From Octopus vulgaris (Eukaryota): a DNA stretch of 64,000 nucleotides. Within the stretch, counting starts at the first letter, position 1; every line of letters starts with the position of its first letter. Below the pieces are notes generated by a model. That model searched no databases. It had not been told where the DNA came from and saw only the letters and a program-made list of their open reading frames with translations. Made by a program: the position numbers and the translations under genes. The stretch spans positions 7,316,001-7,380,000 of the forward strand of contig OX597830.1 in the NCBI GenBank assembly GCA_951406725.2, in the 5' to 3' direction. Of the stretch, positions 27,641-46,090 are shown one piece after another.

Positions 27641-27777
27641 AACGTTGATGTCTTGGAGATCACAGTTAAAACAATAAGTTCAGTGTCTCTCATTTCCACG
27701 AACAAAATGTAACAAACAGATGTCTTCGTGTATGAAACTCAGAATATCGTACCAAAGAGATATGGACTAAAAAATTG

Positions 27778-30258
<2,481 letters not shown>

Positions 30259-30648
30259 AAATCTCTTTATCACAGGTTTTGTTGGAGCTCCATGTGTAGC
30301 GTGCCTACTACCTGCAGCCTACGGTACCATGCTATCCATTCTTTTTAACTATCTAATGGTTTCCTGATTATTCTGGCCGAACCAAGGAGGCAAACTTTTT
30401 GCAACAGTTCCACTGGGCACTCTATTCCAATTTCCTTTATATTCCCCTTATTGTCTTCTGATACTGTTCCCAAGGACCCAAGAATAATTGGCACTATCTT
30501 CACCTTTTTCAGTTTCCATAGCTTGGCTATTTCGTAGTTAAGAGAGTTGTATCTATCTTTTCGCCTCCCTTCTTAACTATTTGCGAGCCAAAGGGGCATG
30601 CAGCATCAATTATTTAGAATATGTGGTGCATCTTGTCCACCACCACCT

Positions 30649-30650
<2 letters not shown>
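30259..30650 (-). mobile_element. R4/Dong-clade RLE LINE, 5'-truncated, decayed
   Basis: Minus strand translates as IIDAACPF...DRYNSLNYEIAKLWKLKKVKIVPIILGSLGTV...LLQKVCLLGSARIIRKPLDS*, then a 3' UTR. The 5' flank is (AAT)n and the 3' flank is (GAT/AAT)n. Confidence 0.85.
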
Positions 30651-30717
<67 letters not shown>

Positions 30718-30728
30718 ATAGTAGTAGT

Positions 30729-31545
<817 letters not shown>

Positions 31546-31978
31546 ACCATTAGTGGTTCTCTCTATTTTGAATAGCCTCATGAAATAGGAGCAACTTCAG
31601 TCAGTTCACCTCTCCATCGTGTTAACCATATAATTAACCATAAATTTTAATTATTTCGGAAGAAATCAAAAGCACGAAATCGAATGAAGAACAAATTCAC
31701 CAGAACATATATCATGAAAGATATGTGATACCTATCAAGGCTTTTAGTGACAATCTCTGTCAGATTTTGACCATTTCTATGCCATCTTATGTCAAGAAAG
31801 TAATTAAGAGAAAAGACCAATCAAACAAATATAATTTTCAAAATGGCGGCTATAAACAGGTTTTAAGCTTCCATTAAAATAGATATGTATATTTCATTTA
31901 AATAAGACGTCAATTTGTGAAAGCTCCTCAAGGCTAACTGCCATATTTATGTGTATATATGTATATGTATATATGTAT

Positions 31979-32035
<57 letters not shown>

Positions 32036-32043
32036 AGAGAGAG

Positions 32044-32109
<66 letters not shown>

Positions 32110-32312
32110 TTATTTGTGCATGTGTGTATGAAAGAGTGCGTGTATAACGAGAAATTTCACGTGTATTTCGATCTGCATGTTTTCATCATATGATTAAAAT
32201 TTGACATACAGGCTATTTATACACTCACGCATGTGCGTACACACATATAGGTGTGTGTACAGTATATGCGTTTGTGCCTATACATACATACACACACACA
32301 TTATATATGTAC

Positions 32313-32365
<53 letters not shown>

Positions 32366-32448
32366 TATAAATATATAAATATATATATGTATATTTGTAA
32401 ATTTCTACATATATTTAGTTACATATAGTTGTACATATATTTATATTT

Positions 32449-32495
<47 letters not shown>

Positions 32496-32865
32496 GTGTG
32501 TGTGTATGGTTGTGTCTCTGTGTCTGTGTATGCATATGTATTCATATCGCTTAATGTATCAATATATTTTATATACGTGAGAAGCTTTTGGATTGCAATT
32601 AGATTGAAATAATTTCTCTGGTAATTAAAAGAAGTTTTAATTAATTATTCACTTGCAAAAATTTTCATATGTTTTTTTTTTTTACATATATTTTTTACAT
32701 CGAATTTATGATGCGTCGATAATGTCATTTTTGATACCAAGGGAATGAAACAACGCTAGCCATCACATGAGTTGCCAATCTATAATAACCATCAGAAGAT
32801 AGGTAATAACAACATCACCATCATCAACAACAATATATTCTTGGGATTGATTATAATAATAATAA

Positions 32866-33229
32866 TCAACCCCAACAGATGAGAATCTTTCTCAGAAAGA
32901 AACAGAGCATCATTCAAAATACAAAGATCTAGAAATAGAGATAACTCGAATGTGGAGCCTAAAAACAGAAACAATTCTTACAATAGTAGGCGCATTATGT
33001 ATGATAAAAAAATAAGCCATTCAGACAAATACATAACAAAAACATGAGAACTAACAAATATATATAGCATACAGAAAATAGCACTACTAGGCACTGCACA
33101 CATCCTACGTAAAACACTTTCAATACAATAAAAATAAGAGCATCACAGCAAACCACAGCATATACCCAAGGCACACAGAGCTGCGCTCGGTAGTGAAGTG
33201 AAAGCACGTGATAAAAAGAAGGCTACTGA
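32866..33229 (+). mobile_element. R4/Dong-clade RLE LINE, 5'-truncated
   Basis: Translates as PTDENLSQKETEHHSKYKDLEIEITRMWSLKTETILTIVGALCMIK...IQKIALLGTAHILRKTLSIQ*. The 5' flank is (AAT)n and the 3' flank is (GAT/AAT)n. Confidence 0.9.
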
Positions 33230-33273
33230 ATGATGATGATGATGATGATGATGATGATAATGATAATAATAAT

Positions 33274-33421
<148 letters not shown>

Positions 33422-33425
33422 TTAA

Positions 33426-33560
33426 ATCACCATGTCGCGCACATGTGGTTGTGATGCATGTACCTAGTGTACCCTTCTCAGACAGGTCGTCATGATGGGT
33501 ATACTGAGCTTCGTATATTTTACCCGAGTCACTCTGATGGCATGCACTGCTCTCTCACTC
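33426..33560 (+). mobile_element. 5'-truncated copy of the (AAT)n-targeted non-coding element
   Basis: Matches the 3'-terminal 135 nt of element 28414-28969, ending GCACTGCTCTCTCACTC; (AAT)n on both sides. Confidence 0.9.
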
Positions 33561-33570
33561 AATGATGATG

Positions 33571-33644
<74 letters not shown>

Positions 33645-34384
33645 CGGCAGCGCAGCCTTAGCGCTTGGACGTTTTTTCGCTATACCGACCAGCCAGCAGC
33701 CGAAAACACAGAAACAGTAATACAACCCTGCATAACAAATGTAAAATAACTCTTAAAAAACTGGAATACTTTTAGTATTTTAAATTTCCTTCAAAACAAT
33801 TTGAAAATCTTGCATGTCCACAATTTTTTCTGGCCGAACAAACAAACGATTATCTTTAAAAACAATGAAACCTTAAAACCTAGAACTTTTTGTGAATGCT
33901 TTTCATTTCCCGAGTATTCGAAAATGTAAACGTCCTTTTAGTACAAGAACACTACAGCTCACCCCAACCCCCGACAGACGATCATCATTAGAAAATTTTT
34001 TTTTAAATTTAATAACTACAATTCTCTCTGAAAATTATGCCCTTCTTTCCTCCTTGAGCACTCGAATATGTAAACACACCTTTTATTCAAACACCTTCGA
34101 ACGCACGACAAAAATTTCATCCGAACCAAGTTGAAATTCTGACATATGCACAATTTTCTCTGGCCGAACACGCAAACGATCATCTTTAAAAACTTTAGGA
34201 CATAAACAACCGCCAATATGTACAAACTGCACAATTACGAAAACTAAACCACGGCAAAACCTATAAAACGGCAAGAAAAGTCAACGTGAGAAGAAAAAAA
34301 AACCTTCAAAAGGGATCGTGTATCACAGAAAAATTTCTAAAGTGTAAAAAGCAAGATTAGGTTTATCTGTGAAAAGAAAAGCAT

Positions 34385-34770
<386 letters not shown>

Positions 34771-35029
34771 TTGTGTACTTAAAGATATGCTAGAAGAGAA
34801 ACTGCGAGTGTGAGTAGGCGAGTGTGGGTGAAGATGCTGAAGGTCAAAAATGATGGGGTGGGGTGTTGTCTTGTGTGTCTGAGCTCGTCACTAAAATAGA
34901 TCAGCAGACCAATGTGCTTATACACAACTAGTATCTGTGTCGGTCTAACCTTCGCATAAAGCATCACCTAACCTTATGTATCTTCCTCTCTCCATTGCCA
35001 CCGTCCTTACTCTTTCTCCACCTCTACCA

Positions 35030-35169
35030 CCAGCATTATTATCATCATCATCATCAGCAGCAGCACGAGTAGAAGCCTCATCAGTATCATCATCACCATC
35101 ATCGTCATCGTCATCATCATCATCATTGCTGTCGTGGTCGTCGGCACCATCAACACCACCACCACCACT

Positions 35170-35207
<38 letters not shown>

Positions 35208-35231
35208 AATCATCATCATCATCATTATCAC

Positions 35232-35293
<62 letters not shown>

Positions 35294-35330
35294 CCATCAT
35301 CATCATCACCATCATCATCATCATTATCAC

Positions 35331-35381
<51 letters not shown>

Positions 35382-35633
35382 TATCACCATCATCATCATC
35401 ATCATCATCTTCATCATCATCATCTTCATCATCACATCGCTCGCGCTGTTGCCGACGTCATCGCTTTTGCGTCATCACCATCATCGTAAATTCTATCATT
35501 TACCGTCATCAGCGTCACCATCATTATAACAATCGTTGTCGTCATCGTTGCCATTATCCCCATAGTCGTCATTCTATGATTGTCATCATTATCGTCAACA
35601 CCACCATCACTATCATTTTTATCATCATTATTA

Positions 35634-35664
<31 letters not shown>

Positions 35665-36060
35665 GCCATTGTCATCATTGTACTACTCCCTCTTCCTCCT
35701 TCTCATCAGCACCATCATCATCATTATTCTCAGCATCAGGATCAGCAACATCAGCAGCAGCAGCATCATTATCATCATCATGACTATCAGGACCATCTTC
35801 ATCATCATTATTAGCACCATCATCATCATCGTCAACATCATCATTATCATCATCACCTTCATTACCATCGTCATCTTCAGCATCATTATCATCATCATGA
35901 TCATCAGCAGCACCATCATCATCATCATCATCATCGTCGTCGTCGTCGTCATCCGCCTCATCATCATCATCACCATCATCGTCATCATCATCATCATTAT
36001 CATCCTCATCATCCTCATCATCATCATCGTCGTCGTCATCGTCGTCATCGTCGTCATCAT
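35030..36060. repeat. ~1-kb degenerate (CAT)n tract
   Basis: Read directly; source of the poly-M/I/H/S ORFs in the track. Confidence 0.95.
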
Positions 36061-36255
36061 ACAGATAAACAATAATGATAACTTGTACTTCGACCTATGA
36101 CACTATTCAACATCGTCACTAGTATGACTACCAAAAGCCAACAACCAACTAAAGGCTCTTAAATCAGCGCCCCACCTGCTAGAAACAATAGCGAAACTTC
36201 ACTCAGATTGCACGCGGTCCTATTAATAACAAGATCATCTCATCGATTTTAGGTC

Positions 36256-36458
36256 AGTGTTTCTCTGTCTTTTTTTTAATATCTGGGTCAGAACCAAAAC
36301 ATGGATTCTTTTCGAGGGCCGCACCACAAAAAGAAACATTTTAAAGGATTCAATTAAAGAAAAAAAATGTTATTTAAAGACGAGCAGTCAGTCGGGGGCC
36401 ACCGGAAGGGTTCTTGAGAGCTACATGCATGGCTAGGGCCTGAGGTTGAGAATCGCTG
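36256..36458. mobile_element. Possible hAT-type MITE relic
   Basis: Termini CAGTGTTTCTC ... GGTTGAGAATCGCTG resemble hAT terminal inverted repeats, with an internal GAGGGCCGCA motif. No 8-bp target duplication is visible. Confidence 0.4.
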
Positions 36459-37159
36459 GCCCTTGCCGGGACGTCTTTGGTTAGAAATCTACTTAATCTA
36501 TGCGGATCTTCGGTTAAACAATAACAACTGCAACAACAAATAATAACACCAAAGCACCAACAGCAGCAGCGGGGAAGGCGGATTGTATGTGGCCGGTAAA
36601 AGTGCTAAAAATAGTAGCTAAATATATATGCAGTAATCTCTCGACTATCGTGGGTGTTACATTCCAAAACACTCCGCGAAAGGTGCAACTCCATGAAGTA
36701 GAAACAGTTCTGTACTGTATATTTTTGATCATTATTTTTATACGTTGTATATATATTTATTTTATAAATGCAAAACAACACAACGGAGGAATCGACGTAA
36801 GCTTAAATAACCGCGATAGGTGAACCGTGAAAAGTGAATTGCGATATGATGAGGGATTATTGCTTATCAAATCATACCTTTGCGTCTTAAAAAATGGAGT
36901 GAGGGCTTTAGATACAAATAAAATATAGTAAAGATCACCGTTGATATGATTTTCGTTAGAGACCTGCTTAATGTGAATTTGCCATGGGTTAAATAACTGC
37001 ACCAGCCCACCGACATGGCCTCTTTCGTCGCTGATCGTTGGTTGCATTGCAGAGATAATTTCTTACGTCTGCTCGACGTGGTTTTGGTCAATATTTGCAG
37101 TTGTGGTACTGGCTCTCCGTCGCTTACGACGATGAGCGTTCCCGTTGACTCGCGAAATT

Positions 37160-37390
37160 AACGAGCAATTGGCAAAGCATTTTACAGACATGCATAACCT
37201 CAACGTAGTTATAAGGAATATGACAAGGCTGGCCCATTGAATTACAGGTACCACTCATTTTTGCCAGCTGAGTGGACTGGAGCGCCGTGAAATAAAGTGT
37301 CTTGCTCAAGGACACAACGCGTCGCCGGGAATTGAACTCACTATCATATGGTCGGGAGGCGAATACCCTAACTCTTAAGCTCTGTGCCTT
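37160..37390 (-). mobile_element. tRNA-derived SINE, family C-related
   Basis: GCCAGCTGAGTGGACTGGAGC...AAGTGTCTTGCTCAAGGACACAACGCGTCGCC...GGAATTGAAC is the reverse complement of the head and core at 19250-19340. Confidence 0.8.
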
Positions 37391-38164
37391 TACCTGCAGG
37401 AGAGTAATGTTGAGGCAGAGGTATCTACCACTCTTACAGAGACAATAACAAAAAGACAATTACTATCGACTCACATTATCGACGCGGTTTCAATTCCTAG
37501 ACTCGTTGACGCATTGTGCTCTTGAGTCAAAAATACTCCATTTCACGTTGTTTTGCTATCGCTTCGAAATTTGACGCATGATACACCGTTCAGGTAACGT
37601 TGATTCGAGGAAGGAAGCGAGTGCTAATGTACAATACAGACATTTTATTACTATCAAGAAATTATTTGTGCAGGTTGCAGCCCAAAATTGAAGAACCATT
37701 TTCCTCGGGTTACGTGAGACTAGCATCAAAAGATATTCCTTTGTTGTATCTCAGGAAAGACATTATGACATTAATAAACACAAGCGCTGCTGCTATTTCA
37801 CTACTTTTATTATTATTATCATTCCTCAACTAATTAACCGTTTAACCAATTTGCTAATCAGATGTTTTTGGTTAATCATTTGGCGAATTGATCAATCATC
37901 TCATTTAATATGAGTTTCTTCATCGCCATTTGCAACGGATAATGGTTCCCCGTCGTAAACGCTGCTCTTTTAGAAGCCTGCATGACCATCACAACGGACA
38001 TCAGTCAGCCTGGCAAAAGAGGAAATCTCTGAGTTGTCTTTCACTTAGAAATGGCAGCTAAAACTCCCTCGTATCACACCTCTTACTACTTTAAAGACAG
38101 GGACACATTGGATGACTTGGTTTGGTTTATGGAGACAAAGGTCGGAATCGTCGCTATGACCATT

Positions 38165-38575
38165 GACCTTTCCTTTGTTTCACACATTGGACTGCAGCCA
38201 TGCTGGAGCACTGCCTTGAAGATTTTTTTCATCCGAATGAATTGACCCCAGGACTTATTTTCGTTTCTTTAAGCCTGGTACTTATTCTATCGGTCTCTGT
38301 TTGTTGAGCCGCTAATTTACGAGAACGTAAACACTCAGCAATACCGGTTTTCAAGCGGTGGTGAGGAAAAGACACACACATAGACATACTTACACTTATA
38401 GAATTGACAGGCTTCTTACAGTTTCCGTGTAGACAATTCCAAAATTCACTCAGAAGGCTTTGGTCAGCCTGAGGTTATAGCAGACAAAATTTGCCCAAGG
38501 TACCATGCAGAGGGACTGAACCCGGAACCACGTGGTTGGGAAGCTAGCTTCTTACCACACAGCCACACCTGCTCC
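38165..38575 (-). mobile_element. tRNA-derived SINE, family B
   Basis: Collinear with 20805-21189 and 25590-26000. Confidence 0.85.
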
Positions 38576-38614
38576 TGGAATATCCTTGATTATAAAGTCT
38601 GCACCTGCAAACAA

Positions 38615-38847
38615 ATACCTATTTCTTTATTACCCACTAGGGGCTAAACACAGAGGGGACAAACAAGGACAGACATAGGTATTAAGTCGATTACATCGAC
38701 CCCAGTGCGTAACTGGTACTTAATTTATCGACCGCGAAAGGATGAAAGGCAAAGTCGACCTCGGCGGAATTTGAACTCACAACTTAACGCAGACGAAATA
38801 CCGCTAGGCATTTCGCCCGGCATGCTAACGTTTCTGCCAGCTCGCCG
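38615..38847 (-). mobile_element. tRNA-derived SINE, family A, alternative-tail subfamily
   Basis: Reverse-complement match to 12129-12365, including the tail. Confidence 0.85.
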
Positions 38848-39148
38848 ATACCAACATCATCAGCATCATGATCAACACCGAAACCACCTTTGACTCGACA
38901 CCGACCAACAACACAGTCGACATCAACACCACCAACAATAATAACAACAAGATCAACAGCCTGTATTGGCACCCACAGCATCGATACCAACAACTACTAA
39001 CACCACATCAACTGCACCATCGCCATCATCTCCTGCATGAATGAAACTAAGCGCCGTGTGAGTCGAAATTAATATAAACACCACCAACACCACCACAAAT
39101 ATCCACCATTACAATCACTACCATCATCATAACCATCGTCATCATCAG

Positions 39149-39500
39149 TGGGGACACAATGGCCCAATGGTTATGGCAGCGGACTCGCGGTCGGAGGATC
39201 GCGGTTTCGATTCCCAAACCGAGCGTTGTGTGTGTTTATTGAGCGAAAACACATAAAAGCTCCACGAGTCTAGGGCATGAGGTGGTGGCGACCCCTGTTG
39301 TATTCTTTCGCTCCAACTTTCTCTCACTCTTTCTTCCTGTTTCTAGTCCCCGGCTTCCTACGCAACCGCTGAGCCTGGATGCGCATTCATCCATCCGTCG
39401 ATGCTCTCAGTGTCGGGAGGTTGACCTGCTTTCTCTTCTGCGGGTCTTACGAATAGGAAAGGACCACGTTTCCCAGCACTGGGACAAAGACCACTTCGCT
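39149..39500 (+). mobile_element. tRNA-derived SINE (family C-like head, distinct body)
   Basis: A-box TGGCCCAATGG, B-box GGTTTCGATTCCC and CORE-like TGTGTTTATTGAGCGAAAACAC; ends in an (ACAA)n tail. Confidence 0.7.
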
Positions 39501-40576
39501 CAACAAACAAGCAAACAAACAATCATCGTCATCAATATCATCATCATAGCCATCATAACCATCATCATCATCATCATCATCATCATCACCATCATCATCA
39601 TCATAGCCATCATCATCATCATCGTCATCATCATCATCATCGTAATCATCATCACCATCATCAGCACCACAAAGGCTACGAACACAGCATAGAACACCAC
39701 CAAAACTATAACTAGCAGTCCATCATTGAAATGGCTAACATCACCACTGCTACCACTTCCAGCACTACCATCGGTACCACCACCGCCACCTCCAATACAG
39801 CCATCAGCAACAACATAACCACCACTGCTGTAACCACCATCACCACCAACCACCACCAACACTACCATTGCCAACACTACTGTCACCAGCACCACCACCG
39901 CCTCCAATACAACCATTAGCACCACCACCAAAAACTACAGTATAACCAGCACTATAACTTCTATCACCACTACCACTAACACCACCACCAAAACCACTGC
40001 CATCAACAAGAACAGCATAACCACCAACGCTACAACCACAGTCACCACCACCGCCGCCGCCGCCATCGCCACCATCGCCACCATCACCACCATCGCCACC
40101 CATCGCAACCATCACCGCCGCCACCATTGTTAAGACCATCGAGTCAATTCTAGAGCAGACACCGTGGATCCTCGCAACCCCGTCGATGGCATTTCAGTTA
40201 GAACAAACGGTATGTTTCTGGCGTGTTCGGGGTGTTCGGGGTGTTATGTAGGGGTGGGTGGGTGGAGTTGTTGACTGGTTGGTCGTAGTAGTGGTTGCGG
40301 CGGCGTTGGTGGTGTTGGTGATGGTGGTGTTGGCAACCTCGGTTGAATGTCAACTGCCATACAACGACAGAGTGAGGCCGACCATAATTGACACAATGTT
40401 TCCTTACCACCCGGATGTCACCATGTCCTGATCTTCTTTTACACTTACTTTTCTCTCTCTCCATCTCCCTCTCCCCTCTCATCCTCTCTCTCTCTCTCTC
40501 TGTCTTTCTTTCTTTCTCCTTCTCTCACTATATATACAACTATATCTCTCTCTCTCCCTATCTCTCTCTCTCCATC

Positions 40577-40686
<110 letters not shown>

Positions 40687-40901
40687 ACCTCTCTGCTTTC
40701 TTCTTACTATTGATACTCTGTCTTCTCCCCTTCTCTCATGATATCCGTATGTACATATACAGACACATACCTACACGCGCACACACACATATACATATAT
40801 ATATATATGTGTGTGTGTATATATACATACATATATGTATATATAGATATATGCACGTCTATATATATATGTATGTATATATGTATATACATATGAGTGT
40901 A

Positions 40902-40970
<69 letters not shown>

Positions 40971-41464
40971 GAATGTATGATGACTCTTTGTCTCTACATA
41001 TGCAGATGTACGTGTGTGTATGTATTAGTATACATATATGCGCAAATACCTGTCGAGTGCGTTCACGTGGTTAAGATGTCCGGTTTCGAGCCATGTGTGT
41101 GTGTCTGTGTGTGTCTGTGACCCAGAGAGGTGAAACACATAAATAACCTTAAGGAACTGGAACCGTAGCGAAATATCGATATCCTCCGCCTTCGATCTCG
41201 ACGGGTGATTGGTCTTGGATTGTTGAGATATTCAGTATTCTTTAACACTGGGAGCTTTCCCAGGACGCTTATCCGCAGCAAACTGGTGGTAAAGAAACAA
41301 AACAAATTCTCTGTATATATTTTCTGCGTTGAGATGATAAGCGGTGCCGAATTTTACATCTCTGTAAGTAATAATAATTTTTTATTAGCTTAAAGCTTGT
41401 AAGCGATCACCGTGTATTAACTAAAGAAAATAGTCTAATATTGGGGTATATAAGCTCTCGACGG

Positions 41465-41552
41465 AAAAAAGTTGGTTTACCGTGTGAGGGAGACTTGAAC
41501 ACGCAATTCTGTGTTTTTTCGACGAGTATGCTACCATTAATACCAACGTGCA
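41465..41552 (-). pseudogene. Decayed tRNA-like sequence with a T6 terminator, inside a direct-repeat-bounded unit
   Basis: Sense shows an A-box and D-arm (TGGTATTAATGGTAGCATAC), a B-box (GTTCAAGTC), then TTTTTT. The anticodon and T stems are mispaired. ~47-bp direct repeats lie at 41369 and 41676. Confidence 0.4.
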
Positions 41553-41721
41553 CACCCACGCTTTCCCCTGAGATTAAGAACTATAATTTTATGGAATTGT
41601 TTTTTTCTAAACAAACTAGCATCTGTGCTTCCTGCGATAATTTGATAAACTGTGCTGCATTTTGCACTTCTGAAAAATAATAATTTTTTTATAAGCTTAA
41701 AGCTGATAACTGACCACCGTT

Positions 41722-41795
<74 letters not shown>

Positions 41796-41876
41796 TTACG
41801 CGTGGAAGGTATTTTGTAAGTCATTTAAAAACACACAAAAACCGTTAGATTCACTTAAACATTAAAATTTAATTTG

Positions 41877-41923
41877 TGTCAAAATTTTTTCGTCGCTTTA
41901 AAACCGCGACCTGTTCACTGACA
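41877..41923 (-). ncRNA. Hammerhead-shaped motif with mutated core
   Basis: Sense reads TGTCA-GTGAACA-G-GTCGC(GGTTTTAAA)GCGAC-GAAA-AAATTT-TGACA. Stems I and II are perfect; the core has two mismatches to CUGANGA. Confidence 0.4.
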
Positions 41924-43557
41924 AAATTTCGTGCAAAAGATTTCTTAAAAAGATTTCCACACCCGGTAAAATACTTCTTAAGTTCTCTACTAATACAAAT
42001 GCACCAGGCAAACAAAAGGTTTTCCGATTGGTATAGAACTGTAGGTAATCTTAAGGTAGCATCTCCAGTCGAATTGGTAAATCCATGATAGCATTCCCCA
42101 GTTAATATCGTAGGTTTTTTTTTACAGTGCGAGGCAAAAATAATAGGCTTTACATATGTCTTTATTTGTGCATCTTAGACTTACAGCTGTTTCTGATATC
42201 CTTGTTAGGTGCATTCATATTTCTGTTTACTCGATTTGTGGACTGGCCTTGCTTGACCTCGAAGATGATAGCATTTCTCACGATAATTCAATATTTATAG
42301 AAGGTCAATCAACAATTATTTATGCCTCACACACACAATGTACAATATATGGATTCATCTAATCCCGCGGTACTCACAAAAAAGCTCCTTTAAGTGGACC
42401 CGGCTACAAAGTAGATAGTAAATCAAATCATAGAGTGTAATGTAGAGTCTTATGCGGTTACAATCCAGTAAATCCGATCTGTAATGATTATATCCTTAGG
42501 AGTATATGGAATTTAAAGTCAGGAGGTATGAGGTGAATATATTTATTTTACCAGTTGATATCCAGAAGTTTACGATCATGTCCATACCAACATCATGTGA
42601 AAATTATTCATCTTAATTTATAATAAATTATTTTACGTCTGCACTCGTGTTTGTTATAAATTGCATAGAACTATTGCGTGTTTTACAAGTTAGCTCATCA
42701 GATCTATAGAATGTCGTGGTTGTATTGAATCTTAAACCCCAATATACACATACAAATAGCCATCTTCAAACATTATTGCATGGAAGACAATAATTAATAA
42801 GCTAATTTTCAATACATGGATTTAAATGAGATTTAACAAGAAAGGAAACTCCGATGTAATCATGCTATTTTATAGATCTGATGCGCTAGCTTTCTGTGCC
42901 TTGTTTACACTATACAATTGTGCAGGCATGCAAAAGAATTTATTATACAATAAAAGAATTAATTTTCCATGACGCTGGCTCCGAAACGATCGTAATCTTA
43001 AGGATATCAACTGCTCCGGCATCTCATCAGTTATTAAGACAAATTAATGAGATGCCCGGAAAAGACTTCAGCCCCAGCATCCGAAAACTCTGAGTTTTAT
43101 TATAACAACCAACTAATTGGTTGTTATAATATATTGACATAATATCGATGTCTCATCCATTCTGTTGTCATATTATTATTAATATATATATATATATATA
43201 TATATATGGGTTCCGACAAAGTTTTTCTCAATCAAATTCACTCGCCATTCATTGGTCGGACAGACGCTATAGAAAAAGACACTAGCTTAAGGTCCCACAC
43301 AATGAGACTGAACTCAAAACCGTATGGTTTGAAAGGGAGCTCTATGATCACACGACCACACCTGATATCTAGATATCTATACATATAAATATATGTACAC
43401 ACACACAAATATATGTATGTATGTACGTACGTATGTATGTATGTATGTATGTATGTATGTATGTATGTATGTATGTACGTATGTATGTATGTATGTATGT
43501 ATGTACGCACGTATGTATGTATGTATGTATATATGTATGTATATGTATGTATGTATG

Positions 43558-43589
<32 letters not shown>

Positions 43590-44376
43590 TGTATGTATGT
43601 ATGTATGTATGTATGTATGTATGTATGTGTGTGTATGTGTGTATGTGTGAGCTTATTAAAGTTGAAGAAATCTGGCACTAAATCTCTTGGCCGGGCCGAG
43701 ATGCAACTTGCAATATTTTCGCGATGTTTATTGATTCCAAAACTAAACTCGCCACCTGAATTCAGGGTTGACCCCGACAAATTAACTTTTGCTTGGTCAT
43801 CTTTTCAGTGTCAAAGGTTAGGTGTGGACATTTTAAACTGACCACTGCTATTATGTCAGACGAGATGGCAAAGGAATTCTTCAAAAGTGTTTAACTTTCT
43901 CTGATTGTTTTTCAGATGAAGTGAAGTTTTGTTTTTATGGCGAGTTATGATGGGTTCGGGCGGATGGAGATGGCAGAGGAGTTGACGGCGGCGAGGGTGA
44001 TGATAAGAAGGAGGAGGAGGAGGAGGAGGAGAACGAGGACAAGGACGAGGGGGAAAAGGAGGGGTACGAGGAGCAGGAGATGTAGGATGACGACAAAGAT
44101 GGCAACGATGACAATGGCGATGAAGGTGATGACGATCTTGTTGATGAAGTCGCAGATGACGACGACTATGATGATGATGATGATGATGATGGCAAGGACG
44201 TTGATGGACTAGGTGGTGGTGGCAGCGGTGGTGGTGGTGGTGGTGGTGGTGGTGGTGGCGGTGGTGGTGGTAGGGACGACAGTGACAATGGTGACGATGA
44301 CGAAGGGAATGGTGGTGGCACCGTCTGGCGCTGCTCCTGTTGGTGGTGGTTGTAGCTGTGATAATGACGATAATGT

Positions 44377-44414
<38 letters not shown>

Positions 44415-44640
44415 CTCACGATGGCTAGTACTGAATAAGCTCTAACCAAGAACCTGTGGGACATTTTACATTTCTTACACCACTTTCCTTGTGTAATATT
44501 TTGACTTTCATTCTCATGGGGACCGATAAAATAAGTACCAGTTGAACAATGGGGTCCATACAATCGACTAGACTCCTCCTCCAAAATTTCAGGCCTTGTG
44601 CCGTTAATAGGAAGGACTATGATTCTTATTATTATTATTA

Positions 44641-45577
44641 CTTTTTTTTTTTCTTCTTTCAAATTTTCTTCCATTTCTTGCCGAGTGTCTTCCCGACTCC
44701 TAGGGCAAAGAAACTCATAGTGTATATTGGTAGGCCATTAAACCAAACTCAGTAGTTCGTTCATTTTTTTTTTTTTTTTTTTTTTAAAGTTAAATTAAAA
44801 TACATGAGCAGCAACAGTTCTCACATCGACAATGCTCTTCTCAATACGTGTGATGTACCAGTTAAGACAATCTTTTGCACTTCTTGCAGGGATGGTAAGC
44901 CAGGGATCATTCTCATATAATTTTCGGTTCCCTTCTTGATCATTCCTAGTGCTCCTACGATCACTGGTATTGTAACCGCCTTGAGATGCCACATTTTCTC
45001 AATTTCAATGAGTAGGTCTTTATATTTTCTGAGCTTGTCAAACTCTTTCGCTGAGATATTATGATCACAGGGGATGCTCATGTCGATCAATAAGCAAACT
45101 TTATTGTTTTGGTCTTTCACAACAATATCTGGTTTATTGGCCTTGATGGTTCGGTCTGTATGTACTGGAAAGTCCCACAGAATGGTTACATTTTCTCCTT
45201 CAGTTACAGCCTCAGGGTGGTGATTATACCACTTGTCGGCAGTTTTGATATTGTAATGCCGACTTATTAGCCAGTGGAGATATTGGCCAACTCTGTCATG
45301 TCTTAATTTATACTCCACTGGTGCTAAGACTTTACATCCAGAGATTAGGTGGTCCACTGTTTCAATCATGTCGTCGCAGAATCGGCATTTTGGGTCTGCT
45401 CCATTTTTCATCACATTGGCCTGGTAGTTCCGGGTTAATAGGCTTTGGTCTTGAGCAGCCAGGATGAAACCTTCGCTCTCTGCTTTTAGCCCTGAGCTCC
45501 GCAGCCACTGATGGGTTTGCTTCTGGTCAACATCAGCTTGTTTGCTGCGGGTCACATATTTGCCGTGCAGAGGTTTC
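44641..45577 (-). mobile_element. R4/Dong-clade RLE LINE, 5'-truncated, with intact C-terminal reading frame (44821-45577)
   Basis: Uninterrupted ~250 aa with KPLHG, ILAAQDQ, CCHC knuckle (CRFC...HLISGC), RHD, KPDIVV...LIDMSIP...KLRKY. Then a 3' UTR and A-rich end; (AAT)n on both flanks. Confidence 0.95.
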
Positions 45578-45581
45578 ATTA

Positions 45582-45634
<53 letters not shown>

Positions 45635-45664
45635 CATCATCATCATTATTATTATTATTATTAC

Positions 45665-45697
<33 letters not shown>

Positions 45698-45792
45698 TAC
45701 TATTACTATTATTATTATTATTATTATTATTGTTATTATTATTATTACCATTATTATTGTTATTATTATTATTATTGTTATTATTATTGTTA

Positions 45793-45823
<31 letters not shown>

Positions 45824-46017
45824 CATCATCATCATTATTATTATTATTATTATTATTACTATTATTATTATTATTATTATTATTACTATTATTATTATTA
45901 TTATTATTATTATTGTTATTATTATTTATACCATTATTATTGTTATTATTATTATTGTTATTATTATTTTTATTATTATTATTATTAATATTATTATTAT
46001 CATTATTGTTATTATTA

Positions 46018-46062
<45 letters not shown>

Positions 46063-46090
46063 TTATTATCATTATTGTTATTATTATTAT

